IMG/VR virus record: IMGVR_UViG_3300029288_000054
Location: 262,607-326,606 of that record
DNA length: 64,000 bases
Source of the DNA: a virus
Taxonomy: Duplodnaviria; Heunggongvirae; Uroviricota; Caudoviricetes
Strand: one strand, 5' to 3'
In this document: piece by piece, positions 7,079-16,363 of the stretch
Layout of the letters: each line of letters starts with the position of its first letter
Position numbering within the stretch: position 1 is the stretch's first letter
Translations under genes and position numbers: made by a program
The notes under the pieces: model-generated
Databases searched by the model: none
What the model was told of the DNA's origin: nothing
The model's input: the letters and a program-made list of their open reading frames with translations, nothing else

Positions 7079-8677
7079 ATGAGCAAAGTGAAATTCCACT
7101 CGGTCGATCAACCAGAATCAGATATCACAACGTTTGTATTAAGCTGCAATAGGCTCGACATTCTTCGGAAGACTATGAAGTCTTTTGTGGATACGAAGGA
7201 CTATACGACTAAGATGGTCATAGTCGATGACAGTGCTGCAGATGGTGTCTTTGAAAAATTGGTTGAAGAATATGGCAGCTATTGCGACGTCATCTGCTTC
7301 CCGCACAATCGTAGTCAGTGGTGGGCTATGGATTTTATGGTGTCATATTGTGACACCGAGTACATTTTCTACCTTGAAGACGATTGGGAGTTCTCGCGAA
7401 CAGGATATTTGAGCGACTCAAAGAAGATCTTACAAAAATATCGCAACGTCGGTGTAGTCGATATTTCGTGGCGGACATTTGAGTGGCAGGGCATCGACAG
7501 TTACGATAAGGAGATCGTCAGATTTAAGGCGGACGACGATTCGCAGGTGTCGTTCTACTGGAAGAAACCTTGGCGTATAACTGATTACCATTTAGCTTGG
7601 TATGGTTGGGTCGGCAGCCCAAATCTCAAACGTCGAGACGATCTTATTTTACTCGGTCGTGTCGAAAAATGGCACGCAGAGTGGAACATTGACCGAAAAT
7701 TTCTGGCTATGGGTTTCAAGGCTGTCTTTTTGGACGGCCAATACTGTGCTCATCTTGGCGATAATTGCAGTGCTATGGCCGGGAAACGACCAGACGACTC
7801 GAAGACGCCGGATGATTATTACCCGAATGAGTTGAAGCACGATAGAATATTCCCGCAACTCAATTATCGTTTTTTGGATAAAGACTACCGACACCCATAC
7901 GATATCACCGTCGTATCTGCTATGGTTGATCTCAACCGCAGCGACAGGAGTTTTGAGACTCATTATCTTGAAGGCGTTAAGAAGCTCTTGAGCACTAGAC
8001 ATCGATTAGTGTTGTTCTGCGACGAGAAGTACTTCGAACAAATGCGGCAACTTCGTGGTTCTGGCGAATTAGAACTACGTAAGTTCGATACATCAGATAT
8101 TGAACGTGCCGGTTACTTCGAAGGCGTGCAGAAAGTCATATCAACTTATACGTGGATCAACCAATCGGCCTGGATGAAGGATAGTGTAATAGGCTCGCGA
8201 CATTATATCCCGTTGACGTTAGCGAAGCAACATATGCTTGATGAGGCTTCGCGAATCAATAACAGCAGTTACTTCTATTGGGTTGATTCTGGTATTTGCA
8301 GCAGTTATCATATTGATGGCGATCTCAACCAGTTTTATTTCACACGCATACCAAAGAACCGATTTTTCCTCACGTCTTATGCATACTATACAAATGCCGA
8401 AATCCATGGTTACAATATTAATGGAATGATTACTCGTGCAACGAGAAATCCTAATTATGTCTGTCGTGCTACGTTATTTGGTGGTACCAAAGAGCAGATC
8501 CAGCAGATGACGTCGTTATTCTACACCGAGGTTAACTGGGCAGTCGAAAATGGTTATATGGGTACAGAAGAAGCATTTTACACAATCTTGAGCGTTACCC
8601 AACCAGACCTATTTAACAGAGTAGAAATGCCGAACGGTGATATCAAAAATTACCTAAACACTCTGAAACAATCATGA
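7079..8677 (+). CDS. GT2-like glycosyltransferase fused to an HtrL/WlaTC-like domain
   Basis: N-terminal TTFVLSCNRLDIL, IVDD, LEDDW. C-terminal VSAMVDLNR...YFYWVDSG...MGTEE, typical of HtrL/YibB-like proteins. Confidence 0.75.
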   Translation: MSKVKFHSVDQPESDITTFVLSCNRLDILRKTMKSFVDTKDYTTKMVIVDDSAADGVFEKLVEEYGSYCDVICFPHNRSQWWAMDFMVSYCDTEYIFYLEDDWEFSRTGYLSDSKKILQKYRNVGVVDISWRTFEWQGIDSYDKEIVRFKADDDSQVSFYWKKPWRITDYHLAWYGWVGSPNLKRRDDLILLGRVEKWHAEWNIDRKFLAMGFKAVFLDGQYCAHLGDNCSAMAGKRPDDSKTPDDYYPNELKHDRIFPQLNYRFLDKDYRHPYDITVVSAMVDLNRSDRSFETHYLEGVKKLLSTRHRLVLFCDEKYFEQMRQLRGSGELELRKFDTSDIERAGYFEGVQKVISTYTWINQSAWMKDSVIGSRHYIPLTLAKQHMLDEASRINNSSYFYWVDSGICSSYHIDGDLNQFYFTRIPKNRFFLTSYAYYTNAEIHGYNINGMITRATRNPNYVCRATLFGGTKEQIQQMTSLFYTEVNWAVENGYMGTEEAFYTILSVTQPDLFNRVEMPNGDIKNYLNTLKQS

Positions 8678-9072
8678 AAATCACAGTCAACATTGCTTTG
8701 CTCTTGGTCTTGATCACCACTGTTGTTGGGTGGGGTGTGTCAGTTGAATCGAGGCTGGCTGCTCAAGCAGAATCTTTGCAGCTTTCGAATCGAGTCAGGG
8801 CAATGGAAGAATTGATGTTGCCATTACTCATTGATTGGAAGACCCACAAAGAATTAGAGAAGTGGAAACAGAGGAATATTGATAAGATCAAGGGGCAAGT
8901 TGACAAATCGGAAAAAGAGAAGACGAAGGCAGTAAAGGCGATTGCTGCAGATGATGAAATACCAGTTCCTGTTAAGCGAAGTGTAGACGATTGGGCAAGA
9001 GGTGTATTTAAAGGACAAGCGGAATCTGGCGATAGAATAACTCCGGTAGCAGAATCAGTCGAGAAGCATTGA
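8674..9072 (+). CDS. Hypothetical membrane-anchored coiled-coil protein
   Basis: N-terminal hydrophobic helix followed by a charged helical region; ATGA overlap. Confidence 0.6.
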   Translation: MKITVNIALLLVLITTVVGWGVSVESRLAAQAESLQLSNRVRAMEELMLPLLIDWKTHKELEKWKQRNIDKIKGQVDKSEKEKTKAVKAIAADDEIPVPVKRSVDDWARGVFKGQAESGDRITPVAESVEKH

Positions 9073-9090
9073 TAGCGCAAGGAACTTAAA

Positions 9091-10833
9091 GTGAGATTTC
9101 ACGTTTTAGGATTGCAACACACTGTTTCATCGAAAGAGTTTGTTGCTTGTGCGTATACTCAGAAGGTCGTGAAGTTCGCGAAGATGATGACTGATCGTGG
9201 CCATACAGTCATTCATTATGGCCACGAGGATTCAGACCTTCAATGCACAGAACATGTACCAGTGCTCAGTGACGCGGACTGGAAGAAAGCTTATGGTGAT
9301 CACGATTGGAGAAAGCACTTCTTCAAGTTCGATACTGGAGATCACGCCTACACGACGTTCAACGCAAATGCGATAAGAGAGATCGGCAAGCGTAAGCAGA
9401 AGAATGATTTTATCTTGCCATTCTGGGGTGCAGGCCATAGAACAATCTGTGACGCACACCCAGATATGATCTGTGTCGAGCCTGGAATCGGCTATGCTGG
9501 CGGTCATTGGGCGAAGTATAAGATTTTCGAGTCATACGCCATATATCATGCCTACTACGGGCTGCAGTCAGTAGGCTCGTGCATACAGAACTGGTATGAT
9601 ACCGTCATTCCGAACTATTTTAATCCAGACGAATTCGAATTCTCTGCTGAGAAGGATGACTATCTCCTATTCTGCGGTCGCGTCTATGTCGGTAAAGGCA
9701 TCCATATTGCCGAACAGATCGCGAAGGCCGTGGGGACGAAGTTATTGGTTGCTGGTCAGATGGGCGACTATGAATTGTCTAAAGATCCGCTCGTTGAGTT
9801 TGTTGGGTATGCTGATATCGAAACACGCAAGAGGATTATGTCGCGTGCGAAGGGCCTAATTTTAGCAAGCCAATACAACGAACCTTTCGGTGGTGTCCAA
9901 GTTGAATGCTTATTCTCAGGAACACCAACAATCACAACCGATTGGGGTGCGTTCACCGAAAACAACTTACACGGCATTACTGGCTATCGCTGCCATACGT
10001 TTGAGCAATTTGTTTGGGCTGCAAAGAACATTCATAAAATTGACCCACATGTTTGCCGTGCATGGGCACTCAACAACTTCTCGATGGAGCGAGTTGCTGG
10101 GATGTACGAAGAGTTTTTTGACTCTATTCTCGACATCCACGGTAAGCAAGGCTGGTATGAGCCGAAACTGGGACGAACTGATTTGTTATTTAACAAGAAG
10201 TTCTATCCGGCGGTCGAAGAGAAGATCGACTACGAGCAGGTTGCTAAAGAAGAAAAGCCATTCGCAGATCGGCTTGCCACTTGGATCAAAGAAGCTATTA
10301 ATCCAAAAGACGTTATTGATCTCGGCTGTGGCCCCGGTATCTATACGTTCGCATTGATCGACGCTGGCGTCGACTGTATTGGTATTGATATCGATACGCG
10401 AGTCGCAGGCAATTCACGCTTACTAAGGGAAGACCTGCTTACGCTTGATAGTAAGTATCAGAAGAATCTGGCGATATGCTTAGAGGTCGCAGAACATATT
10501 GACCCGCAATATGCCGGTAAGCTTGTAGAGAACATCTATAAATCGATTTTACCAGGCGGTATATTGATCTGGACCGCAGCACGACCTGGGCAAGGAGGCG
10601 TCGGGCATATTAACTGTCGACCAAAACAATACTGGCGTGAGAAGTTTGAATCGCTTGGTATGGTTTATGATGATGATTTGCATGCTAAATGCATAGAATA
10701 TTGTCTACAAGGTCCACATATGGGTTGGTTTATCAACAATCTATTATGCTTCCGCAAGTATGAGCCAGTTATAGCGGAAGAGAAAGTCGTGGTTAAAGCA
10801 AAATCACCTAAGAAAGCTAAGCAAGCTAGTTAG
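9091..10833 (+). CDS. GT4 glycosyltransferase fused to a class I SAM methyltransferase
   Basis: GT-B motifs GRVYVGKG and [17 protein letters not shown]-terminal [16 protein letters not shown] and GHINC. Confidence 0.85.
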   Translation: MRFHVLGLQHTVSSKEFVACAYTQKVVKFAKMMTDRGHTVIHYGHEDSDLQCTEHVPVLSDADWKKAYGDHDWRKHFFKFDTGDHAYTTFNANAIREIGKRKQKNDFILPFWGAGHRTICDAHPDMICVEPGIGYAGGHWAKYKIFESYAIYHAYYGLQSVGSCIQNWYDTVIPNYFNPDEFEFSAEKDDYLLFCGRVYVGKGIHIAEQIAKAVGTKLLVAGQMGDYELSKDPLVEFVGYADIETRKRIMSRAKGLILASQYNEPFGGVQVECLFSGTPTITTDWGAFTENNLHGITGYRCHTFEQFVWAAKNIHKIDPHVCRAWALNNFSMERVAGMYEEFFDSILDIHGKQGWYEPKLGRTDLLFNKKFYPAVEEKIDYEQVAKEEKPFADRLATWIKEAINPKDVIDLGCGPGIYTFALIDAGVDCIGIDIDTRVAGNSRLLREDLLTLDSKYQKNLAICLEVAEHIDPQYAGKLVENIYKSILPGGILIWTAARPGQGGVGHINCRPKQYWREKFESLGMVYDDDLHAKCIEYCLQGPHMGWFINNLLCFRKYEPVIAEEKVVVKAKSPKKAKQAS

Positions 10834-11066
10834 CAGTGACGCCAGTTTTTCTTGCGGCGTCTCGGTTTGGCTTCTATCTCGTTCGTAGTAGAATATAAGA
10901 TTGTGCCATCATATAATTCAACACGTCCACACTGCTCGTCTCTTTCCATACTATTCAAACTATTAAAATCGCAAAAACTGCACCTATATTCACGCACGAT
11001 TGATAGCGGGACTTCAATCGTGCCCAAGTAAAGAGTTTTAAACTTTATAGTACCTGATTGGTTCAT
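10830..11066 (-). CDS. Hypothetical protein with CxxC
   Basis: 78-aa ORF coupled to the nuclease stop. Confidence 0.5.
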   Translation of the reverse strand: MNQSGTIKFKTLYLGTIEVPLSIVREYRCSFCDFNSLNSMERDEQCGRVELYDGTILYSTTNEIEAKPRRRKKNWRHC

Positions 11067-12166
11067 ATAGCATCCGGATCTGCTCGCTTGGAGTATAGTT
11101 CATTACCTTCATCTACGATTTCACGATTTAGTCTGATTGCTAAATTGCGTCGAAGGTCTTTTGCCCCTCGTACATCCTGATCGAACCATTTTGCGAACAG
11201 GTCCTCGATTTTAATTGGTTCGAGTTCGACGAACTTTGCCTGTGGTGCTTCATCGTCTGATAGATTAATGAATGTAACTTTCTTAGCACCCATCTCCGCA
11301 AAACGATTGCGTATTTCTTGATATTCGTTTGGCGTGTAATCCCTAGTGGTTGCTATTCTGATTACGTTACCACGAACATTGGCCTCGGTCTTCTCATCTA
11401 ATAATTCTGCTGCAAAAGTGCAGTATTGCGGTGGTGGCACAGTATCTGGTTGTAGTAGCTGGCCTTGTTCTAGAATATTGATAAATTCATGCTCATTTTT
11501 GTCTTGGTCGAAGACGAAGAATCCGTGGTCGTGGTCGCCCTCGTCGAATTTGAATGGTAACAAGCTCCCAGGATACCAAAGATTGTCGCCGACTTGCTGA
11601 CATAGATGAAAATGCCCGGCATATACGCGGTCGAACTTGCTTTGTATAAATGTTACCATTGACCAACGCTGTAATAAGAAGCATACGTTTTGGATTGCGT
11701 TATTGACGCCAACGTGTGTTAATAAAACATCTTCCTTGCTTGCTTGTTTCTCAATCCGCTGCAGAATTCGCATATATGCAGATTCTGAATAGACGAATGG
11801 CAGGACCCAGTATCGCCTGTCGTCGATTTCTAGGGCTTTGACAGTATCGATGATTGTTAGCAACTCGCCCAGTGGTCTGATACTATTGATATTCCAACTA
11901 TGTTTCAAGAACATGTCGTGGTTGCCTGGGAATGCAACCCACTGTTGGTTGTAGTCGAATTTCGCTTCTCTGAAAAAGTCGTAGGCACCGCACAGTATTT
12001 CTATAGATAGGTGTTGCCTGTCGTGGAACAAATCACCTAGAACTACCACGGTATCGATACTGTTAGCTTGGCAGTAATTCCTAATTGTGCGTAATGCCCA
12101 TATGATGTCGTTACTGCGGCCAGAGTATCCTAAGTGAACATCTGCGACTATTGCTATCTTTGTCAT
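11063..12166 (-). CDS. SbcD/Mre11/gp47-like metallophosphoesterase nuclease
   Basis: DVH, GDLFH, GNHD, TH and GHFH motifs. Confidence 0.9.
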   Translation of the reverse strand: MTKIAIVADVHLGYSGRSNDIIWALRTIRNYCQANSIDTVVVLGDLFHDRQHLSIEILCGAYDFFREAKFDYNQQWVAFPGNHDMFLKHSWNINSIRPLGELLTIIDTVKALEIDDRRYWVLPFVYSESAYMRILQRIEKQASKEDVLLTHVGVNNAIQNVCFLLQRWSMVTFIQSKFDRVYAGHFHLCQQVGDNLWYPGSLLPFKFDEGDHDHGFFVFDQDKNEHEFINILEQGQLLQPDTVPPPQYCTFAAELLDEKTEANVRGNVIRIATTRDYTPNEYQEIRNRFAEMGAKKVTFINLSDDEAPQAKFVELEPIKIEDLFAKWFDQDVRGAKDLRRNLAIRLNREIVDEGNELYSKRADPDAI

Positions 12167-12190
12167 GTCAAATTTCTTAAGAGGTGATTT

Positions 12191-12445
12191 ATGTTCAACG
12201 AGAATCTACAGCGTGCTCTCAATAACGTCGATCCAAATACGGATAAAGAGGCTTGGTTGAGATTTTGTGAGTGGGCTCACGCTTTTCACGATATCGATAC
12301 CAAAAAACTAGCTGAATTTGGGACGTTTTCGATGTTGGAGAGAAACGGCGAAGTCAAGCTGCCGTTGAAATACTTAGAATCGATAAAAGACCTATGGGTA
12401 AAGTGGGCTAAAGCCGTAGAATCTGATAATGTATCGCAGGTGTAA
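12191..12445 (+). CDS. Hypothetical protein
   Basis: 84-aa ORF with a GAGGTG RBS. Confidence 0.6.
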   Translation: MFNENLQRALNNVDPNTDKEAWLRFCEWAHAFHDIDTKKLAEFGTFSMLERNGEVKLPLKYLESIKDLWVKWAKAVESDNVSQV

Positions 12446-12467
12446 TTGCGATAGTATTTCATAACAC

Positions 12468-14237
12468 ATGGAATTCGATCTAAGCAAAATACCGGAATAT
12501 TTCCCATTCGACACTTTCAGAGAAGGCCAGCTTGAATGTATTGAGTTTATACTCAAAGCGTTCATGTCTGGTAAGAAATATGTCGTTCTCGAAGCACCCA
12601 CTGGTGCTGGTAAGTCGGCTATTGGTATGGCTGTCGCGAAGTTCTTCGAGAGTAGCTACTACCTGACAGTCCAAAAAGTCCTGCAAACGCAGATCATGAA
12701 CGACTTCGGTAGTGGCGAAGTTGTTGACCTTAAGGGCAGGTCGGCTTATGCTTGCACCTTCTATGAAAATTTCGGCAAAAACGCCGTGCAGAGAAAAGCC
12801 ATGTTCCAAAAGGATTTGGATAGGCTGCTAGATGCACCACCAACCTGCGATAAGGGCTACTGTCGCAAAAAGGACAAAGCTCGCCGTTGTAAATTGTGTT
12901 TCCCGTATCAGCCTGATGAAAACGAATCTGCGGCTGAGAAGGCATTTAACACAATGTATCATAGTTTATGTCCATACTATAAACAGATCGCGAACACGAT
13001 GGCTGCCAGATTAGCCATTATGAATTATAGCAGCTTCTTGTATCAGAGGGCAATCGCACAGAGATTTGGCACTCGTGATCTTCTGATAATCGACGAAGCA
13101 CATCAAGCCGAGCCACAACTCCTGGACTTCATTTCTATAACCATCGACGACAAGCGGCTTCAGAAGCTTGACTATAAGCTTGAGGAATACGAGTTGCCGC
13201 AAGAATACTACATGTCGTTCAAGGAGAATGACATACTCGGTAAAGTGCAAGCTATTGCTGAGATGGCTGAAGAAGCTGAAGATACGGAAACAGCCGATGA
13301 ATATGAGGGTTTAGTTCGCAAAATCCAAGCCTTCTATACCAGTATTGAAGAAGACGAAGATTGGGTCGCTGAATTCAAAGTAGTAGAGCAGGGGCAGGGG
13401 CAGAAGCGTTATACTTATCGATCCGTCACATTGAAGCCGATCTTTGTCCATTCGAAGTCGCATCAGTTGATGTTCAACAATGGTTCTAATGTGCTGATGA
13501 TGAGTGCGACAATATTGGACGTTGATATCTTCTGTCATTCTTTAGGCATACCGAGAAATCAAGTTGCCGCCTATCGGATGAAGAATAGGTTCCCAGTTGC
13601 GAACCGCCCGATAGTTGTTGATAGTGCTGCCAAGATCGTTGGTGGTCCCGCTAAGATGAAAGAATGGGCACCAAAGCTTGTTGCGAAAGTAGATGAAATT
13701 CTGGATAGATATGAGGATGATCGTGGTATCGTCCATACGCACAACTTCGCAATTGCCGATTATTTGATGGAAAAGTCGCGCCATCGCCATAGATTTCTAT
13801 ACCAGAAGCGTTTCGCAACAAAAGAAGATATGTTGCGAAAACATGACAGTAGTACCAATACCATCATCGTTGCGCCAGCTTTGCATGAAGGTTTGGATCT
13901 ACGCGGTGATTTGAGTAGAATTCAGTTGATTTGCAAAGTCCCATGGCCTAACTTCAAGGACAACAAACAACTTGAACGCAGGATGGAAATCGATCAGCGA
14001 TATTATACGTGGCTAACGGCATTGAAGCTTATCCAATCGAGCGGCAGAAGCATCAGAAGTGAAACCGACTGGGCACATACCTATGTTCTTGATGAAGTAT
14101 TCAACAGGTTCATGTTAGAAGCCGCCAGTATGATTCCGTCGTGGTTCAAAGATGCTGTCAATTACGGCGAGAAATTCAAATCGGAGATTCAGGCGATTCG
14201 ATCCAAACCTACAGAAGAAGACGATATTCCATTCTAG
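12468..14237 (+). CDS. DinG/XPD-family SF2 helicase
   Basis: Q-motif FREGQ, APTGAGKS, DEAH, SAT, EGLDL, KVPWP, QSSGRSIRSETDW. Cys residues in the Fe-S region. Confidence 0.9.
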   Translation: MEFDLSKIPEYFPFDTFREGQLECIEFILKAFMSGKKYVVLEAPTGAGKSAIGMAVAKFFESSYYLTVQKVLQTQIMNDFGSGEVVDLKGRSAYACTFYENFGKNAVQRKAMFQKDLDRLLDAPPTCDKGYCRKKDKARRCKLCFPYQPDENESAAEKAFNTMYHSLCPYYKQIANTMAARLAIMNYSSFLYQRAIAQRFGTRDLLIIDEAHQAEPQLLDFISITIDDKRLQKLDYKLEEYELPQEYYMSFKENDILGKVQAIAEMAEEAEDTETADEYEGLVRKIQAFYTSIEEDEDWVAEFKVVEQGQGQKRYTYRSVTLKPIFVHSKSHQLMFNNGSNVLMMSATILDVDIFCHSLGIPRNQVAAYRMKNRFPVANRPIVVDSAAKIVGGPAKMKEWAPKLVAKVDEILDRYEDDRGIVHTHNFAIADYLMEKSRHRHRFLYQKRFATKEDMLRKHDSSTNTIIVAPALHEGLDLRGDLSRIQLICKVPWPNFKDNKQLERRMEIDQRYYTWLTALKLIQSSGRSIRSETDWAHTYVLDEVFNRFMLEAASMIPSWFKDAVNYGEKFKSEIQAIRSKPTEEDDIPF

Positions 14238-14244
14238 GTGCTAA

Positions 14245-14619
14245 ATGAACTATTACCAACCACGGGAGCTTACCAAAGATGGCAAACCCACTGGTCTATT
14301 TCACTACACGTGTCGGAATGATGATCGGATATGGCCTGTTGGGCTATGCGCGTCTGATTGCGCAGGCCATACGACGGAGCAAGAGGCTCGCGAGCATTGG
14401 CGGCTGTATCTGATCCAAGGCATTGAATTCGCTCCAATTACACAGGAGTGGCCAAAGGAAAAGTGCGAATCCGAGGGTTGCAACGAGCCAGCAACTATGG
14501 TCGGATGCACTAAAAACGAACCCGGCGTATTCAATCATCGCAGGTTCTGTACTAAACACGCAACGCCCGAAGAAATGGCTAAGTTTATCGATGCGGGCGA
14601 TTCAATTTCATCTTACTAA
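14245..14619 (+). CDS. Hypothetical Cys/His-rich protein
   Basis: CASDCAGH, CESEGC and FCTKH putative Zn ligands. Confidence 0.6.
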   Translation: MNYYQPRELTKDGKPTGLFHYTCRNDDRIWPVGLCASDCAGHTTEQEAREHWRLYLIQGIEFAPITQEWPKEKCESEGCNEPATMVGCTKNEPGVFNHRRFCTKHATPEEMAKFIDAGDSISSY

Positions 14620-14627
14620 GGTAGAGC

Positions 14628-15488
14628 ATGATAGTCTTCCATCATAATGACGCCGATGGGCGTTGCGCGGCTGCTATCGTCAAGCATTGGTTTGATACAA
14701 CATCTACGCCGAGTATGGAGCACTCATGCTTCAAAGCGGTTGAGATGGATTATAAGGACAAACCACCATTCGGATCAATCGACCCATATGATACCGTAGT
14801 CATTGTTGATTTTTCGTTTAAGCCAGAAGATATGAAAACAATCATGGCTACGACGAAAATGGGTGTGGTGTGGTGCGACCACCACAAGACTGCAAAGGAT
14901 TATGACTACGGTTGTGAAATCACTGGTATTCGCGATTTTACCGATAAAGGGCTCTGTGGCGCTGAACTAGCTTGGAAGTTTTTCTTCCCGAAAGAGTACA
15001 TGCCGCATTGGTTGACGTTGCTTGGCGATTATGACGCATGGCGGATGGCACATAGGGAAGAGTGCTTAGCATTCTATGAAGGATTGAAATTATGTGTACA
15101 AGATCCGGAATATGGAATTTGGCACGCATTATTAAAGGAAGAACATCTCTGGGATAAGATCAGAGATGAGGGCAAGGTGTGCATACTCTATCGTGATAAC
15201 TATTGTGGCGAGATGCGCAAGTCGTTTGGTTTCGAGACGGTAATAGGTGGTCAAAAAGCCTATGCTCTCAACACTTATCGCTTCGGTTCGCAAGGATTTG
15301 GCGAAAAAGCTAAGGAATATCCAATATGCATCGCCTTTATCTATGATGGTCGTCAATTTACCGTCAGTTTATATTCAGAGACGGTAGATGTCTCGGTGAT
15401 AGCTAAGTCGTTCGGGGGCGGCGGGCATAAGGGTGCCGCAGGATTTATATGTAAAGAGCTACCATTCGTTATTTCAAAGCCGCAATAA
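14628..15488 (+). CDS. DHH/DHHA1 phosphoesterase (NrnA-like)
   Basis: HHNDADG, IVDFS, CDHH and GGGGHKGAAGF motifs. Confidence 0.9.
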   Translation: MIVFHHNDADGRCAAAIVKHWFDTTSTPSMEHSCFKAVEMDYKDKPPFGSIDPYDTVVIVDFSFKPEDMKTIMATTKMGVVWCDHHKTAKDYDYGCEITGIRDFTDKGLCGAELAWKFFFPKEYMPHWLTLLGDYDAWRMAHREECLAFYEGLKLCVQDPEYGIWHALLKEEHLWDKIRDEGKVCILYRDNYCGEMRKSFGFETVIGGQKAYALNTYRFGSQGFGEKAKEYPICIAFIYDGRQFTVSLYSETVDVSVIAKSFGGGGHKGAAGFICKELPFVISKPQ

Positions 15489-16020
15489 TTCTTTGAATAA
15501 TCGGTGCTTTGATAACACTTTGCATATATTCCGACTGAGCCATCTGCACTAGTAATCGTTTGCCAGCGACTTTGCCGTATTTCTTGACAGTATCGAGAAT
15601 TTCGCTACCGATTTCAGCAGCTTTACCGTCATCAGAGGGGATACATAATACAACGCACACATACGACTTGCCATCATTTGCACGCTCTACTGACGCTCCG
15701 ACTTCTTCGACATCCGGGTGTAGTATGGCTATTCGATGCGGCTTCGATCCCATCCAAAGCCGTACGGCCATTTCTGGATCATCTATACCGGAGTAGAGTA
15801 CCTCTCCAGCATTAGCATAATTGTATCCAGACGCTCGCATTCTATCTGCTGGTTTTGGGTATCTGACACCACGTAAATTATGCCCGAATTGACCAGTCTT
15901 AGCCATCTGTTTAGCTTGGATTTCAGCAGCTATGTCGATAGAATCATTTGGCCTTACTGGGGCGAGTTTTTGCGACCTGCGTTGCCGGTTTATAGCATGA
16001 ATTATATCCCTAGCTGTCAT
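15469..16020 (-). CDS. CAP (SCP) domain protein, no signal peptide
   Basis: INRQRR, QFGH, AGEVL, WMGSKPHRIAIL and VGAS motifs. Alternative start at 16083. Confidence 0.8.
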   Translation of the reverse strand: MTARDIIHAINRQRRSQKLAPVRPNDSIDIAAEIQAKQMAKTGQFGHNLRGVRYPKPADRMRASGYNYANAGEVLYSGIDDPEMAVRLWMGSKPHRIAILHPDVEEVGASVERANDGKSYVCVVLCIPSDDGKAAEIGSEILDTVKKYGKVAGKRLLVQMAQSEYMQSVIKAPIIQRIIAALK

Positions 16021-16136
16021 CGATTCACACAACGACAGAGTGGAGGATAATTTGTGTTCAAACTTGATTGTGCAGGTATCCACGTATTTATGTTTGAATG
16101 ATTTCGTAAGTAGGGTATTCGCACCATGGAGGTAGT

Positions 16137-16358
16137 ATGAAAGACAACAAAAACGGAAAGGTCAAGAGTGAGGCTATTGTAGTTTGTGAGCAGTGCGGAC
16201 GAAAAATACCAAAGGAGCGATTGAAGGCCGTTCCGAATACGGTCTTGTGTGTCCATTGCGCTGCAGAGGTAGAACATGAAGAAGGTACGGATCGAATAGT
16301 CCCTCTGGTCGATTATGACCCCAGCGAATTGTTGGATGCGATATCGTCGGATGATTAG
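16137..16358 (+). CDS. TraR/DksA-type C4 zinc-finger protein
   Basis: CEQCGRKIPKERLKAVPNTVLCVHCA; GGAGGT RBS. Confidence 0.85.
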   Translation: MKDNKNGKVKSEAIVVCEQCGRKIPKERLKAVPNTVLCVHCAAEVEHEEGTDRIVPLVDYDPSELLDAISSDD

Positions 16359-16363
16359 CAAAT

